Assembly (NCBI RefSeq): GCF_009834535.1
Contig: NC_045697.1
Coordinates: 13,332,001 to 13,396,000 of the forward strand
Length of the DNA stretch: 64,000 bases
Direction of reading: 5' to 3'
Source of the DNA: Camelus ferus
Taxonomy: Eukaryota
This document shows, piece by piece, positions 11,311 to 24,710 of the stretch. The notes beneath the pieces were generated by a model. The model did not search any database. It was not told where the DNA came from and saw nothing but the letters and a program-made list of their open reading frames with translations. How positions within the stretch are numbered: position 1 is the stretch's first letter; every line of letters begins with the position of its first letter. The position numbers and the translations under genes are program-made.

Positions 11311-14300
11311 GGGGCGACGTTGTGGGTGACATAGCAAAACTAGGCTTTGGAAACAGTGCTGGTGATTGTCCAGGCTGCTCTAACTTCCATTCCTCACCCT
11401 TTCTCTGCTCTGCTCTGCACTGCAACTGACCTGTGTGCATAGGATCTTTGTCCCAGGACCTGTTGCTAAACTGACTTCCTGGCTGGATTTGTCAGTAGGA
11501 AGCACTGGCAGGAGACTTGTTGTTGAAAGAGAGGGAGAAACAGGGTATTTCTCCCATGTCTCCTGCTGACAGTTTTTAATGCAGTGGTTGCATTTCCTCG
11601 GTCCTTCCAGTTTTTACTGCCCTCGTCTCCTCTTTCCATGTTCACAGTTTTCATGCGGCAATCATCCACCATGGATCCAGCTCTCACGTTATGTCTAAGT
11701 TCCCAGTGGTACCATGTTTTCCAGTCCCTCCCATCCTAGGGGTGGGAGCTGCTCCCTGCAATTGTTAACCTCCGTGTGGCCTCTCAGTTCCCATTCATTC
11801 ATCCACCATCACCTGACCAGTCACCCTTATTATATCACCTATTTTGGGAAACACTCAGTGCTTTTTCTGTTTTACTGACTGAACACTGACAGATACAGTT
11901 CTATATGCTCTGCCACATCGATACATTTGTCAGAAAACTTTATTATAGAAATGGCTGTTACATATTTTTCATGTAGCACAATTTCCCCCAGAAAGATAAT
12001 ACTACTTTGAAAATGATGACTAGCATTACAAGCTTCTTGGAAGCAAGGTTTACATTCTTTTATATTCTTATTTTCCACGTGCCCGCTCCAAGTTTGCGTT
12101 GCTTAAAGCCCAGAACCATGTCAGAGTGACGATGACATTGTGCATTTGGATGCTTGGAAGTAAAGATTCAGTTGCTGACTTTCTTTCACTGATCTCTCTC
12201 TGAATAAAATGGATGTTGTCTTGTGATGTTTTTTGTCTCTTTTCCATTAAACAGATAGACCTTATTACATCATATTTCTGCTGTAAATGAGCTTAATAGC
12301 AGCTATCAGACTATATCAGTGGTGTGGCCCAGCTGCTCTTGTTTTTATTGCACCATTCCAGTGCCTCAGGGTAATTACCTTTGAGACCTCAAATGCATTC
12401 TCCTATGTAAAACCCATTCTTTCCAGTTCAGCATTCTGAGGCATATATTCTCAGTGTTTGTTTTCTTTTCTCCTATTTATTCATCCACAATAACCATTTC
12501 GTAATCAGCTTTAAATGTTCTAATATAATCCTCAAGGAGCACATCCAAGGGCACAAAAAATGAACTCCGTGTCTTTCAGAGCTGGAGAGGAATTTAGCAC
12601 TTTGGCAGGAGTTTGGGGCTGTGTGGGAGCCATGAGTGATGATTCTAGCTGCTGTCTTTGCATGCATTAACTGCTGGTCGCCTCTGAATAATTGGCTAAG
12701 AATATTGGTTAACATGTCAAGTGAAAATGTATGTGGCGGTGCCTGTCTCCATCGTCCCAGGAGAACATCTGTCCACTTCCCAAATCCACTAAACAATTTG
12801 GCTCTCGTTGGCGTGACTGGCAGCCTGTCCCAGAGAGGCCCTTTGCTACAAGGCAGGGATGGGGGAAGTTTGAGCTCGAGTTGTGTTGGCAGGTTTTGTT
12901 GAAGCACTTTGGAGAGTAATTTTATAATATTTGCCCGCTGGTGATATTAGCCCTTTATTTTTGTGAAAGTCAGAAGGAAAAAAAATATATCACAACTCTT
13001 TCCATGCATTGAAATTACTTTGGGAAAGAGCTCTTTGGTTCTATTCAGGTTATTTCTTAAAGGTATATTGAATCCCTCCAACCTGGAGGGATGACCCGTG
13101 CTTTAGAGGAATGTAGTTTTGCAAGGGGACTATAACGTTAAAAAAAAAAAAAAAAAAAGATACATGCTCTTATAGTAATGCACACTGACTCTCCTGAGGG
13201 ACGAGGTCATTGTGTCCATGTGGAAAAAAGGGAAGCAGTAGAAAAATCCAACAAATTAAAAAAATATCATAGCATGATGTGATTACAAGGAAATAGAATG
13301 AAGGACAAAGCATATGACCTGATTTGAAAGTATGAATCAATGGTAAACTCAGAATTTGCAGCCCAAGGGGCCCATGTTGTTTTGTTTTGTTTTTATTGTT
13401 TTGATTTGTATATATCAAGCTTTAATCGGTGTGTCATCTTAATAATCACAAGGCTTTTGGCTTCTCTTTGAGAAACACGTACTGCAGATTCTCTTCCCTG
13501 TTGGAGGCAGCATATGAAACACTTCATCTCCGGGATCACCCACCTGTGTTTTCTACTAACATTCAGAGCTTCTTCTGTAACATATACGTTCCTGTCCATT
13601 TGTCCCCTTCATTAATTGTCTGTTCTGAACACTGAAGTCACTGTGTAGCTTAGGTTCTCTGAAAGGAGCGAGGAAGGCATAGATCACCAACTTGGCTTTT
13701 TCATCATTTTTGCCTGAAATTTTAGAGCCGTCAGCCCAAATTTCATTTGCTTTCCAGACGTGATTCTCTGATCCCCAAAACTTTCAAAGGTGATTTGGTC
13801 TATCTAGCACAAGACTTAAGTTTCTGTTGGTGATATGAATCACCTATGGGGGCTTCTTCCAACTGCTTAAGGCATTAGCTTTTTCTCTTCATGGGGATAA
13901 ATTTCAGGTCTCAGTGTAGATAGGTAGTGGGTCAACTGCTGCCCCAAAATGATAGACTAGAAAGTCAGACAATCCTTGTGGACTGCAACTCCAATTAAAT
14001 TAAAAGCCTTAATGTACACCCCTTTCTCCCATTTAAAGAAAGAATTTGATAAAGATTCTGAATGAACTTAACGGCACACAAACTTGAAACTGGATATAGT
14101 GAAAATGTGTTAGAGACTCCTAAGATTGGTATGTACATGCTTTAATTTATAAATGCAATCGGTCGCCCCATTTTAATATTTGTGTCTCTTTTATTGGTGT
14201 TGTCATACAGTGGAATTCACTATACAGATTTAGCACAAATGGCATCATCATTCCTACCACCTTATCAAGGTCCTTTTCCATATTTCCCCCTTAAATTATT

Positions 14301-14419
14301 GCAAATGTATTTTTCCCCCATTCTCTCTGCATCTGTATACTTCCCCACTGGTGGGCTCCCCGCAAAATGGATTCAAGCCCTAACATTTCCCAGAATGATT
14401 GCTTCATAGTGACAAAACA

Positions 14420-15310
14420 TTGCTGCAATCTTAGACATTCTCATGGCTCTTGACCTCTCTCCAGCATTCGTCACTTGTATCATTCCTTTCCTTTGTAAAG
14501 TCATTTCTCCCTGAATCCTCATTTTTGGGTTCCCATCCTACAGGTACTTCCCTAGATTCTACTTGAACCCTCCTAATCTTCCCTTAAACTTTCTTCCTCT
14601 AGAATCTCATTCCCATGTGTTCTTTGACATCATCAACGTTGACAACTTCATATTAGTTGCTCTGCCAAGCAACTATCCCCCGTTTGTAGCTGATTGTCGT
14701 TCATTTCCCCCTGAAACTCCTGCTGGCATCTTTAACTCAACATTTCACAAAATGAATTCATAGCTCTTCTGCCTGTCCTCTGTTACTTTGAATATCTTGA
14801 TCTTTCTGTCACAAAAGGGCTGAACTCTGGGAGCTCCTGTTCTCTTAGTCCAACCAGGGCACCAGGAATGAAGTCCTGGTGGTGTTACCATGTCTGTGGA
14901 GTACGTGTCTTCCCTTCCATCCCCTACACCTCAATCCAGGATCAGTCACTTATTACCTCTCTCATGGATTACCCCGACAGCTTTCTAACAGCCCTCCTTA
15001 TCTACAGACTTCGTTCGCCTAATTAGTCTTAGCTAACACTGACAGATTAATGAAGGGAAGCTCAAAATGTCAAAATGATTTCCCATCACTCTCCAAATTT
15101 TCTTCTAATTTCTGGCCACAGAGAATTTTTCTCATTCATATGCTCTGCATTTGTGTTGAATTGGTTTACTCACTAAACCACAAAAATGCACTTTGTCCAG
15201 TGCCTGCCTTACTCATGCTGTTCTCCTCCCCTTTGTAAGCCACACCCCTTACCCTGCCTTTCAAACACTACCCATCCTTCAAGGACTAGCTCTTATGTCA
15301 CCTCCTTTAT
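14420..15310 (+). mobile_element. Degenerate L2 body
   Basis: cttgacctctctccagcattcgtcact, catctttaactcaacatttc, cccatccttcaaggactagctcttatgtcacctcc are L2-like segments. Confidence 0.55.
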
Positions 15311-15668
15311 GACAAACTTTATTTAGTAACTATTACAACAGGGGAAAAGAGATTTTAGTATAGAACCCAACTCGATTCCAAATATAATGAGAACAAGTTG
15401 GAATTTATAGCTAAGGGGTAGGATGAGAAAATTACTAAGCAAAGTTATCAAGGGTAGGGGAATTCTCACCAAACCAATTTTATAGATATTTTACTGAAGG
15501 CAGGTCAGGGTGATCAGATATCAAGGGTGAGGGATTCTTGCTAAACTGACTTAGGATTCTTGATATAACTGGACTCATCAGGCTGAAGACAGGGTGCAAG
15601 GATGAGCCTAGACAAAAAGAGGACTCAGAGGAGCTTGTCCAAAGTTTGGTCAAGGGGACAGTCTGTGC
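15310..15668 (-). mobile_element. MER31-like ERV1 LTR
   Basis: aaaattactaag...ctgaaggcaggtcagggtgatcagatatcaaggg...ctaaactgacttagg...ctcagaggagcttgtccaaagtttggtcaagg. Confidence 0.8.
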
Positions 15669-15830
15669 TGGTAGCCCTATGCTTTCTAGCCTTCAGAAAG
15701 GAGGCAACAGTGCCACATGGTCTATCCATAGAGGTAATAGCATCTTATTAGAGAATGAGACTACTAAATGCTAGATCATAATTTTAATGGAGAATAATAG
15801 AAGAAGCAGTATCTTTAGAAACATTCCACC

Positions 15831-16343
15831 TGATACTAATTTTCTCTTGCTGCTGCAACAATTATTACAAATTTAGCGATATAAAACAACAGCAAATGTA
15901 TAATCTCAAAGTTTTGTAGGTCAAAAGACTGACACAGGTCTCATCGGACCAAACTAAAAGTGTCATCAAGACAACATGTTTTTCTGGAGGCTCCAGAGAC
16001 AAATCAGTTTCCTGACCTGTTCTAATTTTAGAGGAGGCCCACCTTCCATGGCTCATGCCCCCTCTCCTCCATCCTTAAAACCAGCAAGAGTGGGTTGAGT
16101 TTTCTCCCATAGCATCACTCAACCTTGTGTCCAGCACCTCATCTCTCTCTCTGATTCTTCTCTTCTGGCTCTCTCTTCCACTTTTAAGGACTCTGTGATT
16201 ATATTGGAAACACTGAGCTAACCCAAGATAATCGCCCCTCACCTGATTAGTGACCTTAATTCCCCTTAGCCATAGAACATAACATACTCACAGGTTCCAG
16301 GAATTAGGACTTGGGCATCTTGAGAGCCATAATTCTGCCTACC
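15831..16343 (-). mobile_element. MLT1D-like MaLR LTR
   Basis: tgctgctgcaacaattattacaaatttagcg...ttttctggaggctccag...catactcacaggttccaggaattaggac...attctgcctacc. Confidence 0.85.
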
Positions 16344-17769
16344 CTTTAACAATTTGTGCAGACTCTAATATAGCACGTATGCCAAAGAGTATAAAATAAT
16401 TAAACTTTTGAAATTATTTTAAATAAAAGAGATTTGCATGTTCCTCAGAAGAGAATTTCAAATCTCATTTAATATATATTCTCATATATATTCACAAAGT
16501 GTGAAAATAACTAAAAGATAAACCCTTTCTTGGAGCTGATAATCTCATGCAAAAAATTTCAGGAGACAAGGGTTCTCATTTCAAAAATAAAAATATAAAA
16601 TTTATTATCCTATTTATGAATGCTCAGCATTCATGTTTTGCATGTTTTGTTCCTTGCATTAGACTGACTTGCTTTAATTATATTTAACTAGCATAATCTT
16701 TTTGTTTCTCTGCCTCAACCCTAGAGCCAGTTTAAGACACCCTGTAACTGGTACTTACCAACCATGAGGAAAGGTGCCCTTGACAATTTCCTTGCACTCC
16801 TTTCCCACCTGAAGGACCCTTCCTCAAACTAATCTCAAATCTGCCTGGGCTCAGACTCCTGGGTTTGTGTCTTGTTTTATAGACAAGAAAGTTCTTCCTA
16901 CAAGTACCTCTCCCTTGGCATCCTTACTGGAGATACTCAACACTTCATAGTGTCTGCTGCCCCATATTTGATGGAGGATGACTGTGGCTACTGTAGATTA
17001 TAAAGTAATTCATAAAAAACGCTTAGGACAGAGCATGTCACACAGTAAATGTGCCATTCAATGTCTCGGTTTAACATTCTTTTCTTCTGCCTCGTTGAAC
17101 TCTGGGCACACAAGTTATCTCTGGCATTTGACTCTCAGCTCCCTCTGATTAGCTTTATTTTGGATGCATGTCTACCTTTTGTGGCTCTGAACTGCCCTGG
17201 TGGTTAAGGCCCCTGGGAATCCCAACTTTGGCATGGGATGCTTGCTTAGTATCCTGGCTGGCGTAAGTTCTCCCTCCCATTCTTCACGGGGGATGGGAGG
17301 ATTCAGAACTAGTTGGAGTTCAGCTGCTTCATAAATCACATTGCATTTCAGTTTATTCAATAGTTTATGAATAATCGTGGAGACAAAGGGAAGAAGGGCA
17401 TTTATATGACTTAGGCAGCTGAGGGGTGTCTGGGATGCTGGCGGTTACACTGCATTCGGAGGAGTGTCAACTCTGCTCTCATATGTCTGCCAGACCTGGA
17501 CAAAAGAAGTCTGTTATTCCCATCCAGATGAAAGCACATCAGTATCAACACTACGTGCAAATGTGGAGTTATCCAAAGCTGGTGCGTTTGTCTTTTCAGC
17601 CAAGTTTGAGACAGCAGAGGGTGTCTGTCGTGCCAAACACGTGGGACACACAGACACTCCCTGCAAGTCCCATCTCCAACCCGCTGCCATCTGACCCCAG
17701 ACTGAACTTGAGATCAGAGTTACGCAGAATTGTTCCCGTATAGTCAGCACCAGCGTCACAGATCCAAAC

Positions 17770-17945
17770 ACTGAGCAGAGAGCGGTGGTCACAGTGTTCA
17801 GACAGAGGAGTGACCTTTGGAAACTCCTTCATGCCTCAGTTTTTAAGATTCTACTGTTTAGAGTGGTGGCAAAGAGTAAATCAGGCAATTCAGAGGAAAC
17901 ATCTAGGACGGTTCCTGGCGCAAAGTAAGAACTTCATCCGTGGAG
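17770..17945 (+). mobile_element. MIR fragment
   Basis: gtgacctttggaaactccttcatgcctcagtttt...ctaggacggttcctggcgcaaagtaag. Confidence 0.55.
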
Positions 17946-19219
17946 GCTGTGGCTCTTCTTAACTCAGGATAGGACCTACGCAGCCACAACTGATACAATT
18001 CAGAGTGATGCTGTTTGAACAAAACAGATGGGACAAAGGGGACTCAGATGTTGTGGGGGACCTCCACTCTCTCAGTGATGGCTGCTTCCTCCGACTTACT
18101 CCTTAGTAATCCCTATTCACCAAGACTCCCAGGAAATTACCTGAAATTCATTTGTACCAATATGAAAGGATTCCTAGAAACTCTAAGTGAGACCTTTTAT
18201 AAGAGGAATATTTCCTGTTTTAGAGAATTAATATAAACTCCGGTTAAAGACAAAAAAAAAAACCTAGCTGGAATTTCACTGATTGAGCAATTCACTTATT
18301 CAATTATTCATCAAACCTTTCTTAACATCTACCATAGCCAAGAACCCTGCTAGGTACTCCCTAGCAAGGAAGGTTAAGACAGGGATTTTTAGAGCCTGGT
18401 TGGGATCTTGTATCCATAAACAGATAGCTATGTGTCAAGGTACAATGACTGCTGCAATGACGTATGCATTAAAAAAAAAAACTTTAAGAGCATAAAGGAG
18501 GGCTTTCCTTTATTTCCAGTGAAGGAAAGTAATTGGGTTAGAAGGAAGAATTTATGTATTCCAGGAAATGTGAAATCAAATCACCCAAACAGCTGTCTAC
18601 TTCTGTTACGTAAAGAATGCTGTTGGATAGCTAATCACTGGCAGGAGCTATATAATATACACTTTATATGGTAAAATAAGTACAATAAATTACACTCCTG
18701 TTTCCAGAATTCCTGTAATTTCTATATAAGAGGGGATGGGTTTTGAGGCATATGTTGGAAAAGTGGGCTGGGGGTTTTCTTGAAGCTGTGTTTGCCTAGC
18801 AATCACGCATTTTCTTTAGATCATATGTTTATTTGGGGTGATTGTGGTGCTACTGAAGATGCCATGGTTCTATTAGAATTAATTCATGGTACCTTTGCAT
18901 GTGTCCCTCTCATTATACAAACTGGGAATTGGCAACCAAAATCTAGACATTCCAGCTTCAAGCAGTAAGTTAGATAAAAACTGAGTATACAGTTTCCAGC
19001 TGGCTGAATTTTGTTTCTCAGTAATTAATAACTATATTTCATATTATTTTCTTTAAACCTAATTATATTTCATATGCTTTTTTTAAAGACTGCTAATAAT
19101 GCTGATTATTGGGAAGGAAAGATTGCTATAAAATGCTTTGTAAGTTAATAAATATAGTTCTATGTGCTACGTCTTTGTGTCTTTCCAACATAATTGTGAT
19201 ACTGAAATGATCACTTTTT

Positions 19220-19892
19220 TTTTACTTTTTATATGTCTTTTTCATTCTTTTTTTTATTGAAGTATAGTCCATTTACAATATTGGGTCAATTTCTGGTGTA
19301 CAGCATAATAGTTCAGTCACACATATACATACATATATTCCTTTTCATATTCTTTTTCCTTATAGGTTACTACAAGATACTGTACAAGATATTGAATATA
19401 GTTCTCTGCACTATACAGTATAAGCTTGTTGTTTATCTATTTTATATATAATAGTATCTGCAAATCTCAAATTCCCAATTTATCCATTCCAAACTCCCTT
19501 CTTCTCCTGGTAACCTTAAGTTTGTTTCCTATGTCTGTGAGTCTGTTTCTGTTCTGTAAATAAGTTCGTCTTTTTTTTTTTTCTTGATTCCACATATGAG
19601 TGGTATCATATGGTATTTTTCTTTCTCCTTCTGGCTTATTTCACTTAGAATGACAATCTCCAGGTTCGTCTATGTTGCTGCAAATGGCATTATTTTATTT
19701 TTATGGCTGAATAGTATTCCATTATGTAAATATTACACAACTTCTTTATCTCATCATCTGTCAGTGGACATTTAAGTTGCTTCCATGTCTTGGCTATTGT
19801 AAATAGTGCTGCTATGAACATTGGGGTGCAGGTGTCTTTTCAAATTGAAGTTACCTCTGGATATATGTCCCAGAGTGGGATTGCTGAATCAC
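19220..19892 (-). mobile_element. 5'-truncated LINE-1, camelid-like family, inserted in or next to a MIR
   Basis: Antisense homologue of 6445-7286 (ttttttattgaagtatagtc...ggattgctgaatc); probable TSD gatcactttt (19209) / gatcattttc (19893). Confidence 0.92.
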
Positions 19893-20020
19893 GATCATTT
19901 TCATTTTACAGATGGGGAAATTGAGATTCTGAGCAGTTAATTTTGTATCCCGAGATATACAGCTGAGGGATTTGGAGGTAGGTTTCAAACCTAGATTTTC
20001 TTGGTCCAAATTTTCTATTT
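19893..20020 (-). mobile_element. MIR core fragment
   Basis: cattttacagatggggaaattgagattctgagcagttaa...ggtttcaaacctagat. Confidence 0.7.
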
Positions 20021-21624
20021 TCTCCCTCAAAAAAATGAATTACATTTTATCAGGACTAGAACTCCAAAATTCAAGAGCTACTAGATATTCAAGAGTCTAA
20101 CATACTACTTTTACGTATGAGGAAACGGAGAGTTTAAGAAGCCAGTATCATAAAGCTGGTATGAGAGGTAAAATGAGAAGTCGTAGCTCCTGTCTCTTCC
20201 ATTAAACTGAGTTGCCCGCTCTTGCTGACCATGAAGTTCAGAAACAATCAAGACAGATTTTCTTTCCCATGCATTTCATTCCACTTGATTTCCTCTCTGT
20301 TTGAGTTAGCAACAGCTTAGGTAAGAGGAAATTCTGGAGCCAAGTCAAGTCTGCTATTAATTATTTCTCTGCATTTACAAGAAAATCAAGATTACAGTGT
20401 ATAGCTCAGAGATATGATAGATGGCTTTTCTTGCTGTTTAAATCATCAACACTCTCAGTGAATGAATCATCTGCATTTTAAAGTGGGAATTTAGACTAGA
20501 AATTACAACTGGCAACCTGTAGCCAGGAGAGCTGAGCCTATTTATTGAAGATATCAGTGCCTCGTCAGAGGTACAAAACTGAGTTCTAAGGAGGTCTGGT
20601 ATCCTGCAGCTGGGAGGGGAAGGGCAAAAGGTGAATTGTATTTTTTAAGCCTGTCACTTTGAAAACTCCCTGCTTCAAAATGCATTTCCAGGATTGTCGA
20701 CTTCACAGCAGCAGTGAAGCGGGAGAAGCAAAGGCATCTTTGGAAGGAGCTGCACACAGCAGCACTTAATCTCTCCCCAGGCTTGTGAGAACCTGCTTAT
20801 CTGGCAGGTTTTTCCAAGCACGCTCTGCTCTATGGACAATGGAGTTGGCAATCTGGAGACTGTGCCTTCATAATAGAGAGCCTTTGGGGGAGAGAAGCTT
20901 CCTTTTAAAGGGATCTAAATGGATAAGTATTAAATGACTTCCCTGCAAAAAAGTTCAAATAGTTATTGAATATATTCAGGTTCCATTCTGATCTCCCTCT
21001 TTGAACACTTGAACCCTTTTTTGCTGGGTATTATGCTGCAATTTTATGGTAGGTTAAATGATGCCACCACGTGCATTCAACTTATTCTTGAAATGGTTAT
21101 TATAGCATTTCTTATATAGCATTGAATAGTCCATCAATGAATAACATCTCAATTTGCCAACCTGTTTCAAAATAGTGTGTGGTACGTAACCAGAAAAACT
21201 GGCATTGCTCACCTGTATTCTGCTTCCAGGTGCATCACTACTGAGTTCTATTATGATTTTAAGTCAAAGCTTTTAACTTTAGAAATACATCACTGAAAGC
21301 CTGTGTCAAGGCCAATGCTATTTTCAAGGAAAAGAAATACATGTAAAGAATTAAAAACAAAACAAAACAAAAAAATAAGTAAGAGGCTTATTTTTGTGAG
21401 AATACAAGAAGAAAAAATCACAAAAACTTAGATTGGATTCAGTTGGGCTGCATGGAGACTGATTCACTTAAGATTTAAAAATTAGGACAGAAGATGATTA
21501 TAAATTAAGATTTGTATGTCTATCAAGATACCGTATGCCTGTAGAAAAAATAAGGGTATATTTTATCATATAAATCACTAAATATAAAGATACTTTAGCT
21601 ATGGATGGATTATTTCAAAATGTA

Positions 21625-22030
21625 ACAAAATCACCAGAGACCAAGGCTGTTTTCTTGCTCCCACTGTACCATTTCAGGGTGAAGGATGTGGTCCTTTGGT
21701 TTGTCACCTTGAGGTTACAAGATGGCTGCTCTAGTTCTAGACATTGTACCCCTCACTAACGTCATCCAAAGGCAAGAAAAGCAGGTTTTTTTTTTTTTTT
21801 TAATGTCTTTTTGAGACCAGAATAAAACTTTTCCAAGAAGTCCCAGTATCTTCTCTTGGAGTTGGTTCGCCATTATTGGGCCAGGTGCCCACTCTCTATC
21901 TACATGGGAGGGTGAAGAAATGCTTATCTGGTATCATCAACCTACAGACTAAGAAACTGCTCTGCATAGATAGGAAAATAACAAAAGGGAGACAAGTACT
22001 TGAGTAGACAACTAGTGACGTCTGCCATTG
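21625..22030 (-). mobile_element. Old MaLR LTR (MLT1K/L-like)
   Basis: ggttacaagatggctgctctagttctagacatt...aaactttttccaagaagtccc...cattattgggccagg. Confidence 0.6.
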
Positions 22031-24379
22031 CTTTCCTCTTTCTCAGAGGTCACTTGGATGTTATCTGCAGTTCTTTCTGTTTCCATGAATTTTTGATACG
22101 TTTGCTGTGCTTATTGTGTATGTGGCTGGAAGCTGACAGTCTCTACCTTAGACTCTTCAGGAACCTCCCATACTACTTAACCTACGTCTCCCAGGGCCCC
22201 AACCTCACATTTCTGAAATTCTTGATAGGAGAAACTTACTGACCCAATTCAAATATTCAAGCTGTCTGATAAGTGCTAAGTGAGTGCTTTGGTTAGGTTG
22301 GATTTGCTGAGGGCGGGCAGAGTAGGATCGCACGGTTCAGTTCAGATGCAGCAGTACTGTAGTGATGCTAACTACGTCTAGGGTACTCTGAATATATATC
22401 CCCAAGGCTTACAGATGCACTTCCTCTTCTAGGATGCTAGCGGTGTATATTATTCTGGGTCTCATCTATTCCATATCCTTATTTTCAATATAAACATCAG
22501 TCAGTGAAAACAACCTTCGTGCTACTTATCAAGTAGCCTTTTTGCTAAGTATACATATTCTTATAAATACCATTAAATAATGCATATGAGTGTACTTTAA
22601 AAAGTGTTTTTAAAAAATCTGTTACATTTGTAAATTATTCTAGTTCCATAAATAGAATAACTAATTCAATCATCCTAGACATTTTCCAAACTGAAATACA
22701 GGCTAAAGCATATTTTCTAATGTATGGCATGATACATGATAATGCAAAATGCGCAGGATTTTCTGCTTTTACATCCTTTAGAATCTAGATGTTAGCTGTT
22801 AATGAGTAAGCACCAAGTCTATTACATTTATTTGCAAATTTCCCAGAATTTAATCTAGACTACAGCAATATACGTAAAAATGACCACAATAATGGACTGA
22901 TTATATTGTATTCTTAAAAACGAGAGTTTTACTTCACTATGTTAGAATTAAATGATCTAATAATTTGAAAAGTATTAATTTATTCCCTGTTTAAAGAACT
23001 CTCCTAAGACTTAATGATAAATATAAACAGCTTCACTCTGCTGTGATTGTTATTAAGTACACCTTACTCTTGAGGAAACCATGGCCCCTATAACAAGAGT
23101 TTCTAGATAATGTAAAATAATTAATGGGAATGTCAAAGCAAAATTATGGAATATTATAAAGGTTATTCTTAAATGATATCATCAAACATCTCAAGATCTA
23201 GAACTGTATTCTTGCCATCTTATGGCACCAAAATCTAGCACAGTATATTCAATGCATATTATTGAACACAGCAGACAACAGTCCATGATTTATACATTAC
23301 ATCGACTACTCACTACGTCTGATAAGATCCAACGCTAGACTCTGTTTGAAGTCCGAAGAGTAAGATAATATTTCTGCTCTCAGTGGTCTTTCAACTTAGG
23401 TGAAGGAATGTGTTGTGGATAAATGAAAATACAACTACAGCTAAGGCTTTCTGTGAGAGTAAACAAATTTGTGATGCTTAAAATAAACACTAAACATTCC
23501 AAAGAAGTTATTTCCTGTTCTCTGAGGACTCAGTCAGGTATAAGGACTCAGTTTATCTCTCGTGTAGGCCAAGAGAAAAAAGTTGTATTTGGACATTCTG
23601 AGGGTAAAAAGTTATGCAAAGGCATATGCAAAAGATGGAATAGCACAGGTTGGCACCATATTTTGAACTCCTCTATTTTCTGTCTGTCTATCCATGCAGC
23701 CATCTATCATTATTTATCTTTATTTATAGCTAACTATAATCAATCTATCCATCCTTTGATTTTTTAAATCACTGACAATTTGGAACTTTGATGACTGTAA
23801 TTAACCTTTCAACCAAAACTATGCATATGTGCCTACATGAAACTTTCATTGCTATGAAGTCAAGAACAGCTCTGAATCTTCCTCATGCACCTACATTAGA
23901 CTCAGTCCCCCCAAACAGAGTAATCCAGGTGGTATTTTCATTGGAACCATCGGTTCCAGTAGCTCTGAGTCTTTTATCATGAATCCTTAAAGCACAAGAG
24001 AGCAAATGATCAGTAGATATTAGGATCTAACAACCCTCTGAGAGGCTGACTTTTTTAATTCCTGTTTTTAACAAAACCCAAGCAAATTTTGTAACATCTA
24101 GCACATATATCTGTGTATTGAAACATAAAAATCATATTATAAATGATTTGCCATCTGAAAGAGTCATGTTTATCTTATGACTTCACATGCCATCTTCACA
24201 TTAGTTAGTATCGCCCCCCCTCCTTTGCCGTTCATCCTATAAATGTAAGAACTAAGTTAAGAACTACTTGGTAAGGACTACCTTCAGATTATGCTGAAGG
24301 TCTCCTTAGCTTAACAGAAAGAATCTTCCAGGATCTGACTTTTATCTGGTTATATCTCTTGCCCATCATAGCTCAGCAT

Positions 24380-24710
24380 TGAAATATCTACTCCAGACTC
24401 AAACTACCTCCAGAACTCTGTCCACTCTCCCTTCCATGTCTTTGCTCACACTGTGTCCACTGTTCAAATGTCCTCACTCCCATCATTGCCTGTCATCTCC
24501 TGTTCATCCTTTCACATGCATCTGTGTCTCTTCTTCTTGAAGCCTTTCCTCAACCTCTAGGTCTCTACCTGCTATTACATTTGCCCATTGCACATTAACC
24601 ATCTGTTTATGAGTTTATTTCTTCTGCTAGCTATATTATCCATCAGCATATCTCCCATATGTCCCAGAAGAGTTCCTGGAATGTAATGGATGCTCAGTAA
24701 ATGTTGGTAC
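24380..24710 (+). mobile_element. L2 3' fragment
   Basis: gtctttgctcacactgtg...tgaagcctttcct...ggatgctcagtaaatgttgg. Confidence 0.65.

Noticed and set aside
12473..12907. Longest ORF (144 aa, minus strand) as a CDS
   Set aside because: No recognisable domain, non-ATG start, no convincing splice boundaries; length compatible with chance
16616..16634. 9-bp inverted repeat atgaatgct-c-agcattcat
   Set aside because: Short enough to arise by chance in 64 kb of AT-rich DNA
17743..17762. REST/RE1 site (tcagcacc...)
   Set aside because: Only the left half matches; the GGACAG half is absent
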